A DNA stretch of 64,000 nt from Halobacteriovoraceae bacterium (GCA_963719505.1 CAVRCF010000003.1:320001-384000); one strand, 5' to 3'. Numbered from the stretch's first letter, positions 20,718 to 30,465 are shown. Numbers and translations: made by a program. The notes: a model not told the origin generated them from the letters alone.

Positions 20718-21330
20718 ATGAATAGAATTCTATCAATCTTATTTCTAGTTTGTTTTTCCAGCTCAAGCTTTGCTGGGCCTGCTTGTCCAGCGAATGGACA
20801 TGTGAGTGGGACGGAAGAGGCTGAAGGGTTGGCGAGTATTATTGGTGCTATTGAGGGGGAGTTTGTCCCTGAGGATGCTTCGGTCTATTTGTTTGTGTAT
20901 ATATTATGGCTCAATTCATAGACCTAATCAGATGAAGTATTTGGAAGAAGCGGTCTTAGAAAAGGCTAGGTAAAAGTATCGATGATAAAGATAGTAAGAA
21001 AATCTTGGTAAATTTTTAAATGATAACCATAGTCGCATAATTTGCCACGATGACCACAATGGGAACCTAAGAGCTAAAGAGCCATTGATCAAAAGAACAA
21101 TAGGTAGAGGTGAATACGGTTTAATAGATAGCTTAATGATATATGAAGATGACTATGGCTATAATCTGAATCATTTCGAAATTGTAGATGGAAAAAAAGA
21201 AACAATACTAGATTATATTGAGAAAATATTAAATGACCCAGAACTTCTTTCCAAATACAATGCAGATACACTCAGGCTCTTGCATTCAGACTTCATAGAC
21301 TATGATGCTAAAAGAGGCAGTGAACTTTGA
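20718..21330 (+). CDS. Exported hypothetical protein, fragmented by frameshifts (pieces 20718..20921 and 21085..21330)
   Basis: Signal peptide in the first piece. The last piece ends DAKRGSEL and overlaps the next start. Intervening frames hold short coding-like stretches. Confidence 0.5.
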
Positions 21331-23669
21331 AACTTTTAAGTGTTTTACTTTTTCTTTCACTTTCTTTGCATGCACAAGTCTGTATGAATAATTCTTTTGG
21401 TTTTGACCCAATTGAGGGGGAAGAGTTAGCCTCAAAGGTTTGTATTAAAGGAAGACTAAAGAAGCTTACAAAGGACAAGGTATGTGATTGCCAGAAGTCC
21501 AATAAAAAACTAAATTTAAAAGCTTCTAAAAGATTCCGTGAACTCAATGATCAATCAAATCAAAAGATTTTAAATTATGCTCTAGAAAAATTTCAAAAAA
21601 ACATGGTTGTTAATTTGAATAATATTTACTCTCTAAGCCAATTTACAAGGAAACCTCTTAGTAAAGATTGCAGACTGTCGAATTTAGATAGTCTTCACAA
21701 AAGATGCGGAGTTGATGGAAGTAAAGTTTTGGGTAAGTTAATGATAAAACAAAAACCATTGATGGAAATTAAAGAAAAAATACTTAATGAAAGAAAAATG
21801 AGAAATTCCCATTCGGCCTTAGACTTAGATGGCTTTTCAAAAAGAGAAAGCAAGACTTGTGAAATTAGTGAGGAAGATGCACTTACTGTTACGGGTCAAA
21901 GAAATATGATTTTGATTCAGAGAATGATTGAAAAATTTAAAAAAAATGTTCAAGGTGGTAATTACAAAGACCTTGATGACTATATTCAAAATAATATGAA
22001 CGAGGCATCTTTATCATTGGGAATGAGTCCTATAGAGTTGGAACTGGTGATGAATGAGATGAGAGAAAAACCTTTGTTTTTAGATATGCTCACTGATAGG
22101 CAACTTTTAAGTCAGGCAGGCTCTGTGGGAGTTGATTCAATCGTGGAGAACACTCTAGAAAAGCTTCAAAATTCGTGTTCTAAATCATTTCAACTGTTAG
22201 AGGAAGTTATTTGTAAAGGTAGTGATGAGTCTTTCGATATGGATTTACCTTTTTACAGAAAGATGGGAATGGACAAGAGCAAAGGGAATATTGAGTTAGA
22301 ACTTGATAATCAAGTCATGAGCGAAATGATGTGTTCTAAAAGTTCATTGAATGTTCCTCTTCAACTTAGCAAATTGGGTAAAGTTTATGACCTGGAAGCG
22401 GATACCTTGCCTACTGACGAATTTGCAAAACTCAGATCTGAGTCTCAAGTTGAAAAGGCTACGATTAATATTTGTTCGGTTTATCCAGATATTGACAAAG
22501 GCTTAGAGCTAAATAACTGTTCCGAAAATCCATTCTCTTTAGTTTGCATGGATCTAAGAAACTTTGGAGGATTAAATTTAATTCCTAAAATGATAGCAAA
22601 AAGAGATGTTGATGGAAATGTGATTGAGAACGAAGATGGGACAACGCTTCAGATTCCAAATCCAGATTATTTAAGTTCAAAAGAAATCAACGGTGCAATT
22701 TATGGAAAAGGCTCACTTGTTGATAGCTTTTATTCATCTGGGAAAGAGGACACGGTTGAGGAGCCTAATATTGACATCGATAGTAGCTCAGGACCAAACT
22801 CATACGTGAGTTCTAAAAGTGACTTGTTACAACAAGGTTCATTGAGGCAGGCTCCTTCAAAAATGCGACAAGATAATAAAGAAGTGTCCATGTCGGATAA
22901 TAACTTCTATAAAAAGTCTAGATCTAGTCTTTCAGAAGATGGAAATAAAAGAATCTATGACAAACTGAAAGATCTCGTTGATAGCTACAAAAAGCACGAC
23001 TCATCGACATTTGACCGAGTCCCCAAAGCGAGCAGAAGAATAGCAAGCACACCTCAACAGGTTGTGTCTCCAACGACTTTTACTCCGCCGAGCCCATCGT
23101 TCAATAGTTTTCAAGCTCAGCCAAAAAACGAGGTGTACGAAGACTTGGTTCCATCATCTGAAGAGGGGAGTGCCAATAAACCTTTCAGAGATGTTCAAAG
23201 AAATACCGCAGGAAGTATTGGCAGTGGAACAATTGATGATCCAACAAGAAGGATTAACCCCACAACTGGTAAGTTTAATAACGGTCTGGCTATTTCATCG
23301 GCAACATCGCCTTATGGAGAGATTCCAGTTGTTGAACTCTATGGAAATATTGAAGATGAGTTCTTCAATATTGATCCAGAGAACATGATGAATCTTGATG
23401 ATTCACAAAAAGAAATACTGTCTAAGCTTCAAAGTCTAATAGAAGAAAAGAAACCTTTTTACGTGAGTAAGAGAGGAGATTCTAGATATAGATTATTACT
23501 TGAAATTCAAAATGGAAAATACGTTGTGGCCAATCCACTGGACCTTTCAATTGAAAGGGCAAACTTTAACAAAAGTGACTATATTAAGTTTAAATCAAAT
23601 ATTGAAAAGTCCTTGAATGAGGGAGTTCTAGAAAAACTTGTTGATTTCAATCTTGATAGAGTTAATTAA
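21327..23669 (+). CDS. Large exported Cys-containing hypothetical protein (780 aa)
   Basis: Signal peptide, Cys scattered through the N-terminal half, S/P/T-rich region with RRIAS. Confidence 0.8.
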   Translation: MKLLSVLLFLSLSLHAQVCMNNSFGFDPIEGEELASKVCIKGRLKKLTKDKVCDCQKSNKKLNLKASKRFRELNDQSNQKILNYALEKFQKNMVVNLNNIYSLSQFTRKPLSKDCRLSNLDSLHKRCGVDGSKVLGKLMIKQKPLMEIKEKILNERKMRNSHSALDLDGFSKRESKTCEISEEDALTVTGQRNMILIQRMIEKFKKNVQGGNYKDLDDYIQNNMNEASLSLGMSPIELELVMNEMREKPLFLDMLTDRQLLSQAGSVGVDSIVENTLEKLQNSCSKSFQLLEEVICKGSDESFDMDLPFYRKMGMDKSKGNIELELDNQVMSEMMCSKSSLNVPLQLSKLGKVYDLEADTLPTDEFAKLRSESQVEKATINICSVYPDIDKGLELNNCSENPFSLVCMDLRNFGGLNLIPKMIAKRDVDGNVIENEDGTTLQIPNPDYLSSKEINGAIYGKGSLVDSFYSSGKEDTVEEPNIDIDSSSGPNSYVSSKSDLLQQGSLRQAPSKMRQDNKEVSMSDNNFYKKSRSSLSEDGNKRIYDKLKDLVDSYKKHDSSTFDRVPKASRRIASTPQQVVSPTTFTPPSPSFNSFQAQPKNEVYEDLVPSSEEGSANKPFRDVQRNTAGSIGSGTIDDPTRRINPTTGKFNNGLAISSATSPYGEIPVVELYGNIEDEFFNIDPENMMNLDDSQKEILSKLQSLIEEKKPFYVSKRGDSRYRLLLEIQNGKYVVANPLDLSIERANFNKSDYIKFKSNIEKSLNEGVLEKLVDFNLDRVN

Positions 23670-24289
23670 TGCCTTACTTCTTATCACCAGAAATTCACGA
23701 AAATTCAGAGGGCTTTTGGTTTGAAGGTCCCAGCTTCCAAAAGGAAAATATCTATAAGATTGAAAAAGATAAGCTTCCCCCAATTAATTACGATAAATTG
23801 ATTTTAAGAAAGTCACAGTCTTACTGATCAGATTGAGAGGTTCCAAGCATGTAGACAATGGTGGGAAGACAGTCGATGAATACTTTAAAGGCAATTGTCT
23901 TTTTGGAAAGTGTACCGTTGTTTAAGGCTGTTGGGTGATAAAATTTCGGAAAAGATGGAACGAAACCACGTATCACTGGGAAGTTTCACTTGCTAATTAA
24001 AGGAAGCTTTAAATGAAGTTATTCCAAAAAAGCTTCTATTAACTGTCGATAATTACTCTCCGGGCTGAAAAATGGATATCACGATCCTAACTTGACGTCC
24101 TTACTTTTATCTCAAGAAGCTGCTGACTGGTTGATATTTTCAGATGAGTTTAATCTCTATGGTACGAGTTGGAAAAGCTCAGATTTTAAGCAGACCAGGA
24201 AAATAGGGAGAGACCAATTCATGAAAACTCTTTTTAAGAAGGCTGTCATTCTTGAGTGCCTGGACTTACAGAAGAGTCCCAAGTGGTGA
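23669..24289 (+). pseudogene. Fragmented hypothetical CDS (multiple frameshifts; sequencing error or decay)
   Basis: TAATG coupling to the upstream gene. MPYFLSPEIHENSEGFWFEG... continues across shifting frames into ORF 24092..24289. Confidence 0.4.
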
Positions 24290-24462
24290 TAGTAATCTTT
24301 TGGTAGTTTCAGGCTCCGATGTAGGCTTAAGGGAGTCAAAGCGAGTTCGGCCTACTTTAGTCAAAGCGATGCTTAGTTAATACTAAAGAGAGAGCTGCAT
24401 TGGCTTTGAAGCGTTTCTACATACGCATCAACCAACCAAACCACTCAACAATGTAAATCCTC

Positions 24463-24490
24463 TTGCCAGAATAATTAAATTCTCTATAAT
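24463..24490 (+). promoter_or_regulatory. Putative sigma70 promoter
   Basis: TTGCCA-N16-TATAAT. Confidence 0.6.
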
Positions 24491-24518
24491 ATGCTTGAAA
24501 GCTTTTCCAGGAGGGAAT

Positions 24519-24602
24519 ATGAGTCTCAAACTTTCAATAAAACTAGTTTCTATTATTGCGCTTACAGCTCTTGTTTTGATCAACTATTCACAAAATTTAT
24601 AA
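24519..24602 (+). CDS. Small hydrophobic protein (27 aa, MSLKLSIKLVSIIALTALVLINYSQNL)
   Basis: AGGAGGG SD, ATG at 24519, TAA at 24600-24602 abutting the HAD ATG. Confidence 0.5.
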   Translation: MSLKLSIKLVSIIALTALVLINYSQNL

Positions 24603-25229
24603 ATGACTGAAAGTGAGTTCTTAAAACTTACCGAAAACTACAATCATCTCATCTTCGATTTTGGTGGAATCTTTATAAATATCAACTACCAAAATGCGAT
24701 AGATGAGATGAATCGAATTTGTCAAAGTCATAAAGCATCAGATCTCTATAGCCAACATTCTCAAGTTAATATTTTTTCGGATCTTGAGACGGGAAAGATT
24801 AATGAAGAAATTTTTCTTAAAGAATTAAATCTACTTTTGGGGTTAAATCAAAAGGAAGCTGAGCTAAAGGTGGCTTGGAATTCAATGCTTTATACAATAC
24901 CCAGTGAAAGAATTGATTTTCTAAAAAAGCTTAGGAAAACAAAAAAAATATATCTTCTGAGTAATATAAATGAAATTCATGAAAAGCATATTCACACTCT
25001 TGCAAATGCAGCTGACTTTTATGCCGAGTTTGATAAAATTTACTTCTCTCACCATCTTGGTCTTCGAAAACCAGATCCAGAAATATTTAAATATGTCTTA
25101 AAAGATATTGGCATCTCAGTTGAGAAGGCTTTCTTTATGGACGATTCTATTGGTCACATCGAGGCTGCTAGGGCGCTTAAGATTGAATCTCTCCATCTAG
25201 AGAAGCAAAATAGCTTTATAACTCATTGA
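24603..25229 (+). CDS. HAD-superfamily phosphatase (YihX-like)
   Basis: IFDFGG, LLSN, RKPDP.IF, FMDDS. Confidence 0.9.
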   Translation: MTESEFLKLTENYNHLIFDFGGIFININYQNAIDEMNRICQSHKASDLYSQHSQVNIFSDLETGKINEEIFLKELNLLLGLNQKEAELKVAWNSMLYTIPSERIDFLKKLRKTKKIYLLSNINEIHEKHIHTLANAADFYAEFDKIYFSHHLGLRKPDPEIFKYVLKDIGISVEKAFFMDDSIGHIEAARALKIESLHLEKQNSFITH

Positions 25230-25266
25230 CTTATCCCCCTCAAAGCATAAAAATCAACTCTAATCC

Positions 25267-25384
25267 GCAATAATGGAACAAGGTTAAAATCCTTGGCTGT
25301 CCCGCAACTGTAAATTGTTAAATCAATGAGCCAGATACTTTATTGCAATTCCTGAAACGTCAGGAGGATTCCCGTGGAGGTATC
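25267..25384 (+). promoter_or_regulatory. Cobalamin riboswitch (compact type)
   Basis: GCAATAA/TTATTGC closing stem, GGAA.AAGGTTAAAATCCTT, GCTGTCCCGCAACTGTAA and GAGCCAG B12-box elements, directly upstream of a btuB-like gene. Confidence 0.88.
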
Positions 25385-25385
25385 G

Positions 25386-27113
25386 TTGAAGTTCTTAATT
25401 CTTTTGTTTCCAATCTGCCTTATGGCACAAACACTCGATCCTATTATCGTGACAAGTAAAAGTGGCCTTCGAAAGTCTCAAATGACGACGAGTCCAGATG
25501 TCATCTCTGAAGAAAAGATTAATCAAAGTGTCTCTAGTGATCTTATCGATGTTCTTCGATCAGAGCCTGCTTTAAATATTACTCAAACTGGAGGCCCTGG
25601 ATCTAGTTATAATATCTCTATTAGAGGGGCTGAGTCTCGTCATACCTTAGTTCTTATTGACGGCATAAGGGTGAATGATCCAAGTACCATTGGAGGCTCT
25701 TTTAATATGCCAGCTCTTTCAACACTGGATATTGAAAAAATTGAAATACTAAAAGGTCCTCAAAGTCTTCTTTATGGAAGTGATGCCATTGGGGGAGTGA
25801 TTAATATTGTGACAAAAAAAGGTGAAGACGGAGGAGATGTCTCTTACCAGCAAGGCGCAACTGAGGAGCTCTCAAGTAGTCTCACAGTCTTTGGTCACAC
25901 CAATGTTTTTTATATAAACACATTTTATAATGAATCCGATCCCATATCAGCTTTTGCCAATGGCAGCGAAAAAGATACCGCGATTAATAGGGGCGTCACA
26001 CTTAACTACGCTCAAGCTTTTGATCTGTTTGAAATGGAATGGCAATATAAAGCAATAAATTCTTATAATGAGTTCGATGATTTTTTGGCCGACTCAAGTG
26101 ATAACTTTTCTAAAAATCTCAATCAAATATTTTATCAAAAAATGAAATTTAAAGACTTTAAACACTCGATTAGTCATCAAAAGACAGACCGTTTTTCAAA
26201 ATTTAGTAATACCTCTTCTTCAAATTACCAAGGGACGAGAACATTGAATGAGGTGAACTATAATACCTCTCATCTTCTTATGGGGCTAACTCATGAGTAT
26301 CTCACTTATGAGCAATCTAAACTTGATGAACTCAAAGTAAACCAGTACGCCGCTTTTTTAAATTACTCTAATTCTTTTGAAGATCTTTTTTATAGTGCTG
26401 GGGGGAGAGCGGACTACCATGAGGAATTTAAAAATTACAATACCTACAGTTTGGGCTTTGGGAAAAACCTGTCAGAAAGAAGGCAGATAAAGATAAACTA
26501 CTCAACTGGTTTCAAAAGCCCCACACTTTATCAGCTTTATACAAATGAGCCTGGTTCTTCGACTCCAACTTTCGGTAATGAAGATCTCGACCCAGAGACG
26601 AGTAAAACAGTTGAAGTCTCAATTTTAAAAAGTAACCCTCTGTCGGGATGGAGTGTCTCTTTTTATGATACCCATATCGATGACTTTATCATCTATGATA
26701 ATAATACCTATATTAATGAGAGTTCTCTTCGAACGTATGGAGTGGATATTGGCTTCAATCAAAAAATCGATTCATTTAGTTTAAATGAGTCAGTCTCTTT
26801 AAATAGATCAATCGATTCATCTAAGAAGTACTCTTTGAGAAAGCCCCAGGCGAAAGCAAATTTAACAGTCAACTACCAAATAAGTGATAAGAGTCTTATC
26901 AGTGTTGATAGCACTTGGGTTTCGGCCCAATATGATTTTAATAATGCTCTGGTTGAGGCCTACGACATTACAAATATTATTCATCATTATAAAAATGGTC
27001 GTATGAGTTTTAAAAATGGTGTGCGAAATGTTTTTGACCGTGAGTATGAAGAGTTAAAGGGCTATGGAACACTAGGGCTTAATATTTATACTAAGATTGA
27101 ATACAATTACTGA
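25386..27113 (+). CDS. btuB: TonB-dependent cobalamin receptor
   Basis: TonB box DPIIVTS, plug IRG...HTLVLIDG and IEILKGPQSLLYGSDAIGGVINI, C-terminal aromatic residue, B12 riboswitch. TTG at 25386 after GGAGG is preferred over GTG at 25374. Confidence 0.88.
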   Translation: MKFLILLFPICLMAQTLDPIIVTSKSGLRKSQMTTSPDVISEEKINQSVSSDLIDVLRSEPALNITQTGGPGSSYNISIRGAESRHTLVLIDGIRVNDPSTIGGSFNMPALSTLDIEKIEILKGPQSLLYGSDAIGGVINIVTKKGEDGGDVSYQQGATEELSSSLTVFGHTNVFYINTFYNESDPISAFANGSEKDTAINRGVTLNYAQAFDLFEMEWQYKAINSYNEFDDFLADSSDNFSKNLNQIFYQKMKFKDFKHSISHQKTDRFSKFSNTSSSNYQGTRTLNEVNYNTSHLLMGLTHEYLTYEQSKLDELKVNQYAAFLNYSNSFEDLFYSAGGRADYHEEFKNYNTYSLGFGKNLSERRQIKINYSTGFKSPTLYQLYTNEPGSSTPTFGNEDLDPETSKTVEVSILKSNPLSGWSVSFYDTHIDDFIIYDNNTYINESSLRTYGVDIGFNQKIDSFSLNESVSLNRSIDSSKKYSLRKPQAKANLTVNYQISDKSLISVDSTWVSAQYDFNNALVEAYDITNIIHHYKNGRMSFKNGVRNVFDREYEELKGYGTLGLNIYTKIEYNY

Positions 27114-27409
27114 AGCTTTGTGGGATCTCCGGCGTCCACATAAGTTGTGCAGCAAGAGTCCGTTTTTTCTGCACCCTCATGGTCGTGGACTTCTTCATAA
27201 ACACTATGCTTAAAGGCATCATCTTCATCTTTATTTAGGCCTAACGCTTCAGAAAGAGTATCGACAACATTTGGGCTTATAACGTAGACATCAATACCCA
27301 TCTCATCCATTTTCCCAGCATACTGATAGGCTTCAGCTTCATCTTTGAGATCACATTCAAATAATACTTCGTCTGAATCTTTGCTTTTGACTTGAACTTT
27401 TTTTGCCAT
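27107..27409 (-). CDS. Small acidic hypothetical protein with HDH...SCC motif
   Basis: ATG at 27409 (MAKKVQV) within ORF 27107..27502. Confidence 0.65.
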   Translation of the reverse strand: MAKKVQVKSKDSDEVLFECDLKDEAEAYQYAGKMDEMGIDVYVISPNVVDTLSEALGLNKDEDDAFKHSVYEEVHDHEGAEKTDSCCTTYVDAGDPTKLQ

Positions 27410-27473
27410 AATTGTACTGTCCGTAAGTTGTATGAGTTGCTGTAAGCATACTATAGAGTCGGGAGTGAAGCGA

Positions 27474-27797
27474 ATGCAAATTATTTTTATCAATGAGTCC
27501 AAGTTTGTCTGTGATTTTGTTGAGTCTCTTTGTAAATTTAATGATTTAGCTTGTTTTAGTTTAAATGACAGCAGTGATTTTACTTATCTAATCGATGATT
27601 TAAAGCCCGCGTTAGTTATCGTTGATAAAAATGCCTACGTAGGGGATGAGGATCGCTTTTGGAGTGGCATAAGTGGCGCGGCTCATCAAACAAAAACAAT
27701 GATTATTGGAATGGAGTCAGAAAAATTTGATTTTTCAAATCCACAGGCCATTGTTGCAGAAACTTTTGCCAATGATATTAAATCTAAATTAAAATAA
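27474..27797 (+). CDS. Atypical single-domain receiver-like protein
   Basis: Beta/alpha pattern with KPALVIVD, like the receiver PDLIxxD. ATG at 27474 after GGGAG. Confidence 0.55.
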   Translation: MQIIFINESKFVCDFVESLCKFNDLACFSLNDSSDFTYLIDDLKPALVIVDKNAYVGDEDRFWSGISGAAHQTKTMIIGMESEKFDFSNPQAIVAETFANDIKSKLK

Positions 27798-27874
27798 ATC
27801 TATGAATAAAGATAAGCTATTTGTTATTTTTGGATTATGCCTAACCGTTATTGTTTTTGGTGTAACAATCTATT

Positions 27875-28261
27875 TTAGAAGCGGTGTGTTTCGATAGTTT
27901 CTTTACTTTTATTTGACCAATTTGCAGGACCAATAAAAAAGCAAGTAAGTTTTGGATCTTGTGCCGTAATGATAGAGTTAACAAGCTCTTGATAATGTGT
28001 GTTAATCCACTGAGCAGCAAATTGACTTTCAGTTTGAACAATAAGATTTTTATTTTTAAGAACAATCGGCTTTATATTGGCAAACCACTGAGTATGCACT
28101 TCAGGGCCTAAAATCGCCAAAATCATCTCACTTGTCACAGACCAAGTATTTCTCGCCTTGATAACAGGATTATCATAGGACTCGTTTAAAAGATCTTGCA
28201 ACTTTGAGTGAAGATTCTTTTTGAGACTTTTTGTGTATGCACGTGTTGTGTTACTTTTCAT
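27875..28261 (-). CDS. Stand-alone DnaA N-terminal (domain I)-like protein
   Basis: W..(x)..LG.E...QWF..IKP......L.V...SQFAAQWI...Y..LV matches the DnaA_N pattern. No AAA+ domain. Confidence 0.7.
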   Translation of the reverse strand: MKSNTTRAYTKSLKKNLHSKLQDLLNESYDNPVIKARNTWSVTSEMILAILGPEVHTQWFANIKPIVLKNKNLIVQTESQFAAQWINTHYQELVNSIITAQDPKLTCFFIGPANWSNKSKETIETHRF

Positions 28262-28321
28262 TTATCAATGCCTTTTTTGAAGATGCAGAGACTACCGCTT
28301 CAAAGGGGTTTTGACAATGGA

Positions 28322-29629
28322 TTATTTTATCACTTGATCAGGTGCAAGAATATATTCGTGTAAACCTAACTGATTAAAAATAAACTCAGGAACTCTTATT
28401 CTATAGAAGGTGCCTGTCTCATGGTGCTCTTGATTGATGATGTTTGAGTTGGCAATAACTTTTGAATGAGCATCCCCTTTATCATAGGGGATGAACAGAT
28501 CGTGGTGATCTTGTTTATCTAAAAAGTAGTTAATAATATATTCTCTTAGATCAAGCATATCTTGATCATCGAGTGTGCTGACAAGAAATGAAGCCTTAAA
28601 ATTTCTCATGACAATCTTTGGCAAGAAAGGATCTTGAATTTTATCTTTTTTTGTAAAGACCACAATTTGATCTTTTTGCTCGATATTTAATTCCCCAAGA
28701 ACTTCTTGTGTTACTTCAAGATGCTTTTTGTAATTAGGGTCTGATAGATCACAGACAATAATAAGAAGCTCCGCTTCTAAAGCCGAATCAAGAGTGGTTT
28801 TAAAACCGGCAACAAGAGTATTGGGTAAATTTTGAATAAATCCAACCGTGTCGATGAGGATCATTGGTGGCTTTGAATCAGGGTTAAGAGTCCTAAAGGT
28901 TGAATCGAGAGTCGCAAATAACTTATCTTCAGCGAGCACATCAACTTTACAAAGCTTATTCATCAGACTTGATTTACCGGCATTGGTATAGCCGATAAGA
29001 GCGGCTGTGACGGCTTTATTTTGTCTTTTCTTACGTTGTTGAGCTCTTGAGACGGCGATGTCTTTAAGCTGCTTTTTCATAAACTCAATTTTTTCTCGAA
29101 TGATACGACGGTCAAGCTCAAGCTGCTGCTCTCCCTCTCCTTTCATACCAATACCACCTTTTTGCTTTGAGAAGTGATTCCACAAAGACTGAAGCCTTGG
29201 AAGCATATACTGGAGTCTAGAGATTTCAACTTGAATCCTGGCCTCACTGGTTCTCGCGTGATGGGCAAAGATCTCAAGGATAACCATAGATCGATCGATA
29301 ACATCAAGATTGGTAAGCTTTTTAATATTTCTAATTTGACTGGCCGTAAGTTCAAAGTCGAAAACAAGAATTTCACTTCCTTCTTTTTTCGCTTCTTCAG
29401 AAATCTCTATAAGCTTTCCACTTCCAAGCATGGTTGCAGACTCTAGCGAGTTTTTATTTTGAACATACTGGTTTCCAGCTTCAACGCCTAATGTTCGAAG
29501 AAGTTCTTTTAACTCTATCAGGGAGGCGTTTGTTTTTTGAACGGTCTCATATCCTTCAAAACTATCGCATACAATACTCACCATTGAGGCTTTCTTGGAG
29601 AGCTCAACTTTATAGTCATCAAAATTCAT
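28322..29629 (-). CDS. hflX: Ribosome-splitting GTPase HflX
   Basis: GSGKL.E, ILEIF..HART.EA, G.GEQQLE.DRR, GYTNAGKS, FATLD, DTVGFI. Confidence 0.95.
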   Translation of the reverse strand: MNFDDYKVELSKKASMVSIVCDSFEGYETVQKTNASLIELKELLRTLGVEAGNQYVQNKNSLESATMLGSGKLIEISEEAKKEGSEILVFDFELTASQIRNIKKLTNLDVIDRSMVILEIFAHHARTSEARIQVEISRLQYMLPRLQSLWNHFSKQKGGIGMKGEGEQQLELDRRIIREKIEFMKKQLKDIAVSRAQQRKKRQNKAVTAALIGYTNAGKSSLMNKLCKVDVLAEDKLFATLDSTFRTLNPDSKPPMILIDTVGFIQNLPNTLVAGFKTTLDSALEAELLIIVCDLSDPNYKKHLEVTQEVLGELNIEQKDQIVVFTKKDKIQDPFLPKIVMRNFKASFLVSTLDDQDMLDLREYIINYFLDKQDHHDLFIPYDKGDAHSKVIANSNIINQEHHETGTFYRIRVPEFIFNQLGLHEYILAPDQVIK

Positions 29630-30465
29630 ATCATTACCTCGACATTGTCTAGTAGGCGAACCGTTCCCAATTGCAAATTTCCAAGGATAACAAAATTTGT
29701 ATCTTCGACAACTGCTGGTGTAAAGGTTTCGGCGTTTCTAATCTCAAGATAGTTAAACCTTGAATCTTTTAATTTTTCTTTGATAAAACCTCGAGCAATT
29801 TCCAGTCCTTGTGTTTGAAGGATGAGAAGAATATTGAGAAGAGCTTGTGAGAGATCTAAGCTTTCAATTCTTTGGATATCGTTAAGGTGAATATTTCTAC
29901 TGCTCATAGCGAGTCCATCTTCTTCTCGAATGATGGGCATACCAATGATTTGTATGGGGTGATCTTTTTGTTTAACCAGCTCTTTTACCACGAGAAATTG
30001 TTGATAGTCTTTTTTTCCAAAATATGCTTTTTGAGGCTTAATCAGATTAAAAAGTCGATGAACAACCGTTGCCACTCCATCGAAGTGACCAGGGCGAGTT
30101 TCCCCCTCACTAATGGAGCGCAAATGATCTATTGTCACGTAGTCATTAAAGTCATCGGGGTAGATTACTTTTTCATTTTCAGGGATAAAAAAGTGAATTT
30201 CTTTTTTGGGATACCTTTTTAAAAGGGAGTTTGCTCTTGAAATATCTTCTTCAATCGTTCTTGGATACTCTTGTAAATCTTTTATTTCACCAAACTGCTT
30301 GGGGTTGACAAAAATTGAAATGATTGTCGTCTCATTTTCTTTGAGAGACTCTTCAATTAAAGAGAGGTGACCATTATGCAGATTCCCCATCGTTGGAACA
30401 AAGCCCAAAGTTTTATTATTTTGATCATGAAAAGTTTTAATTTGCTCTAGGGTTGCAAGAATCAT
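29626..30465 (-). CDS. panC: Pantothenate synthetase
   Basis: VPTMGNLHNGH, SIFVNP.QF, RPGHFDGV, FGKKDYQQ, GLAMSSRN, RLLDN. Confidence 0.95.
   Translation of the reverse strand: MILATLEQIKTFHDQNNKTLGFVPTMGNLHNGHLSLIEESLKENETTIISIFVNPKQFGEIKDLQEYPRTIEEDISRANSLLKRYPKKEIHFFIPENEKVIYPDDFNDYVTIDHLRSISEGETRPGHFDGVATVVHRLFNLIKPQKAYFGKKDYQQFLVVKELVKQKDHPIQIIGMPIIREEDGLAMSSRNIHLNDIQRIESLDLSQALLNILLILQTQGLEIARGFIKEKLKDSRFNYLEIRNAETFTPAVVEDTNFVILGNLQLGTVRLLDNVEVMI

Noticed and set aside
24321..24369. GTAGGC/GCCTAC stem and duplicated AGTCAAAGCGA as a possible c-di-GMP riboswitch or repeat array
   Set aside because: Only two short copies, the riboswitch consensus is missing, and it lies in an error-prone stretch.
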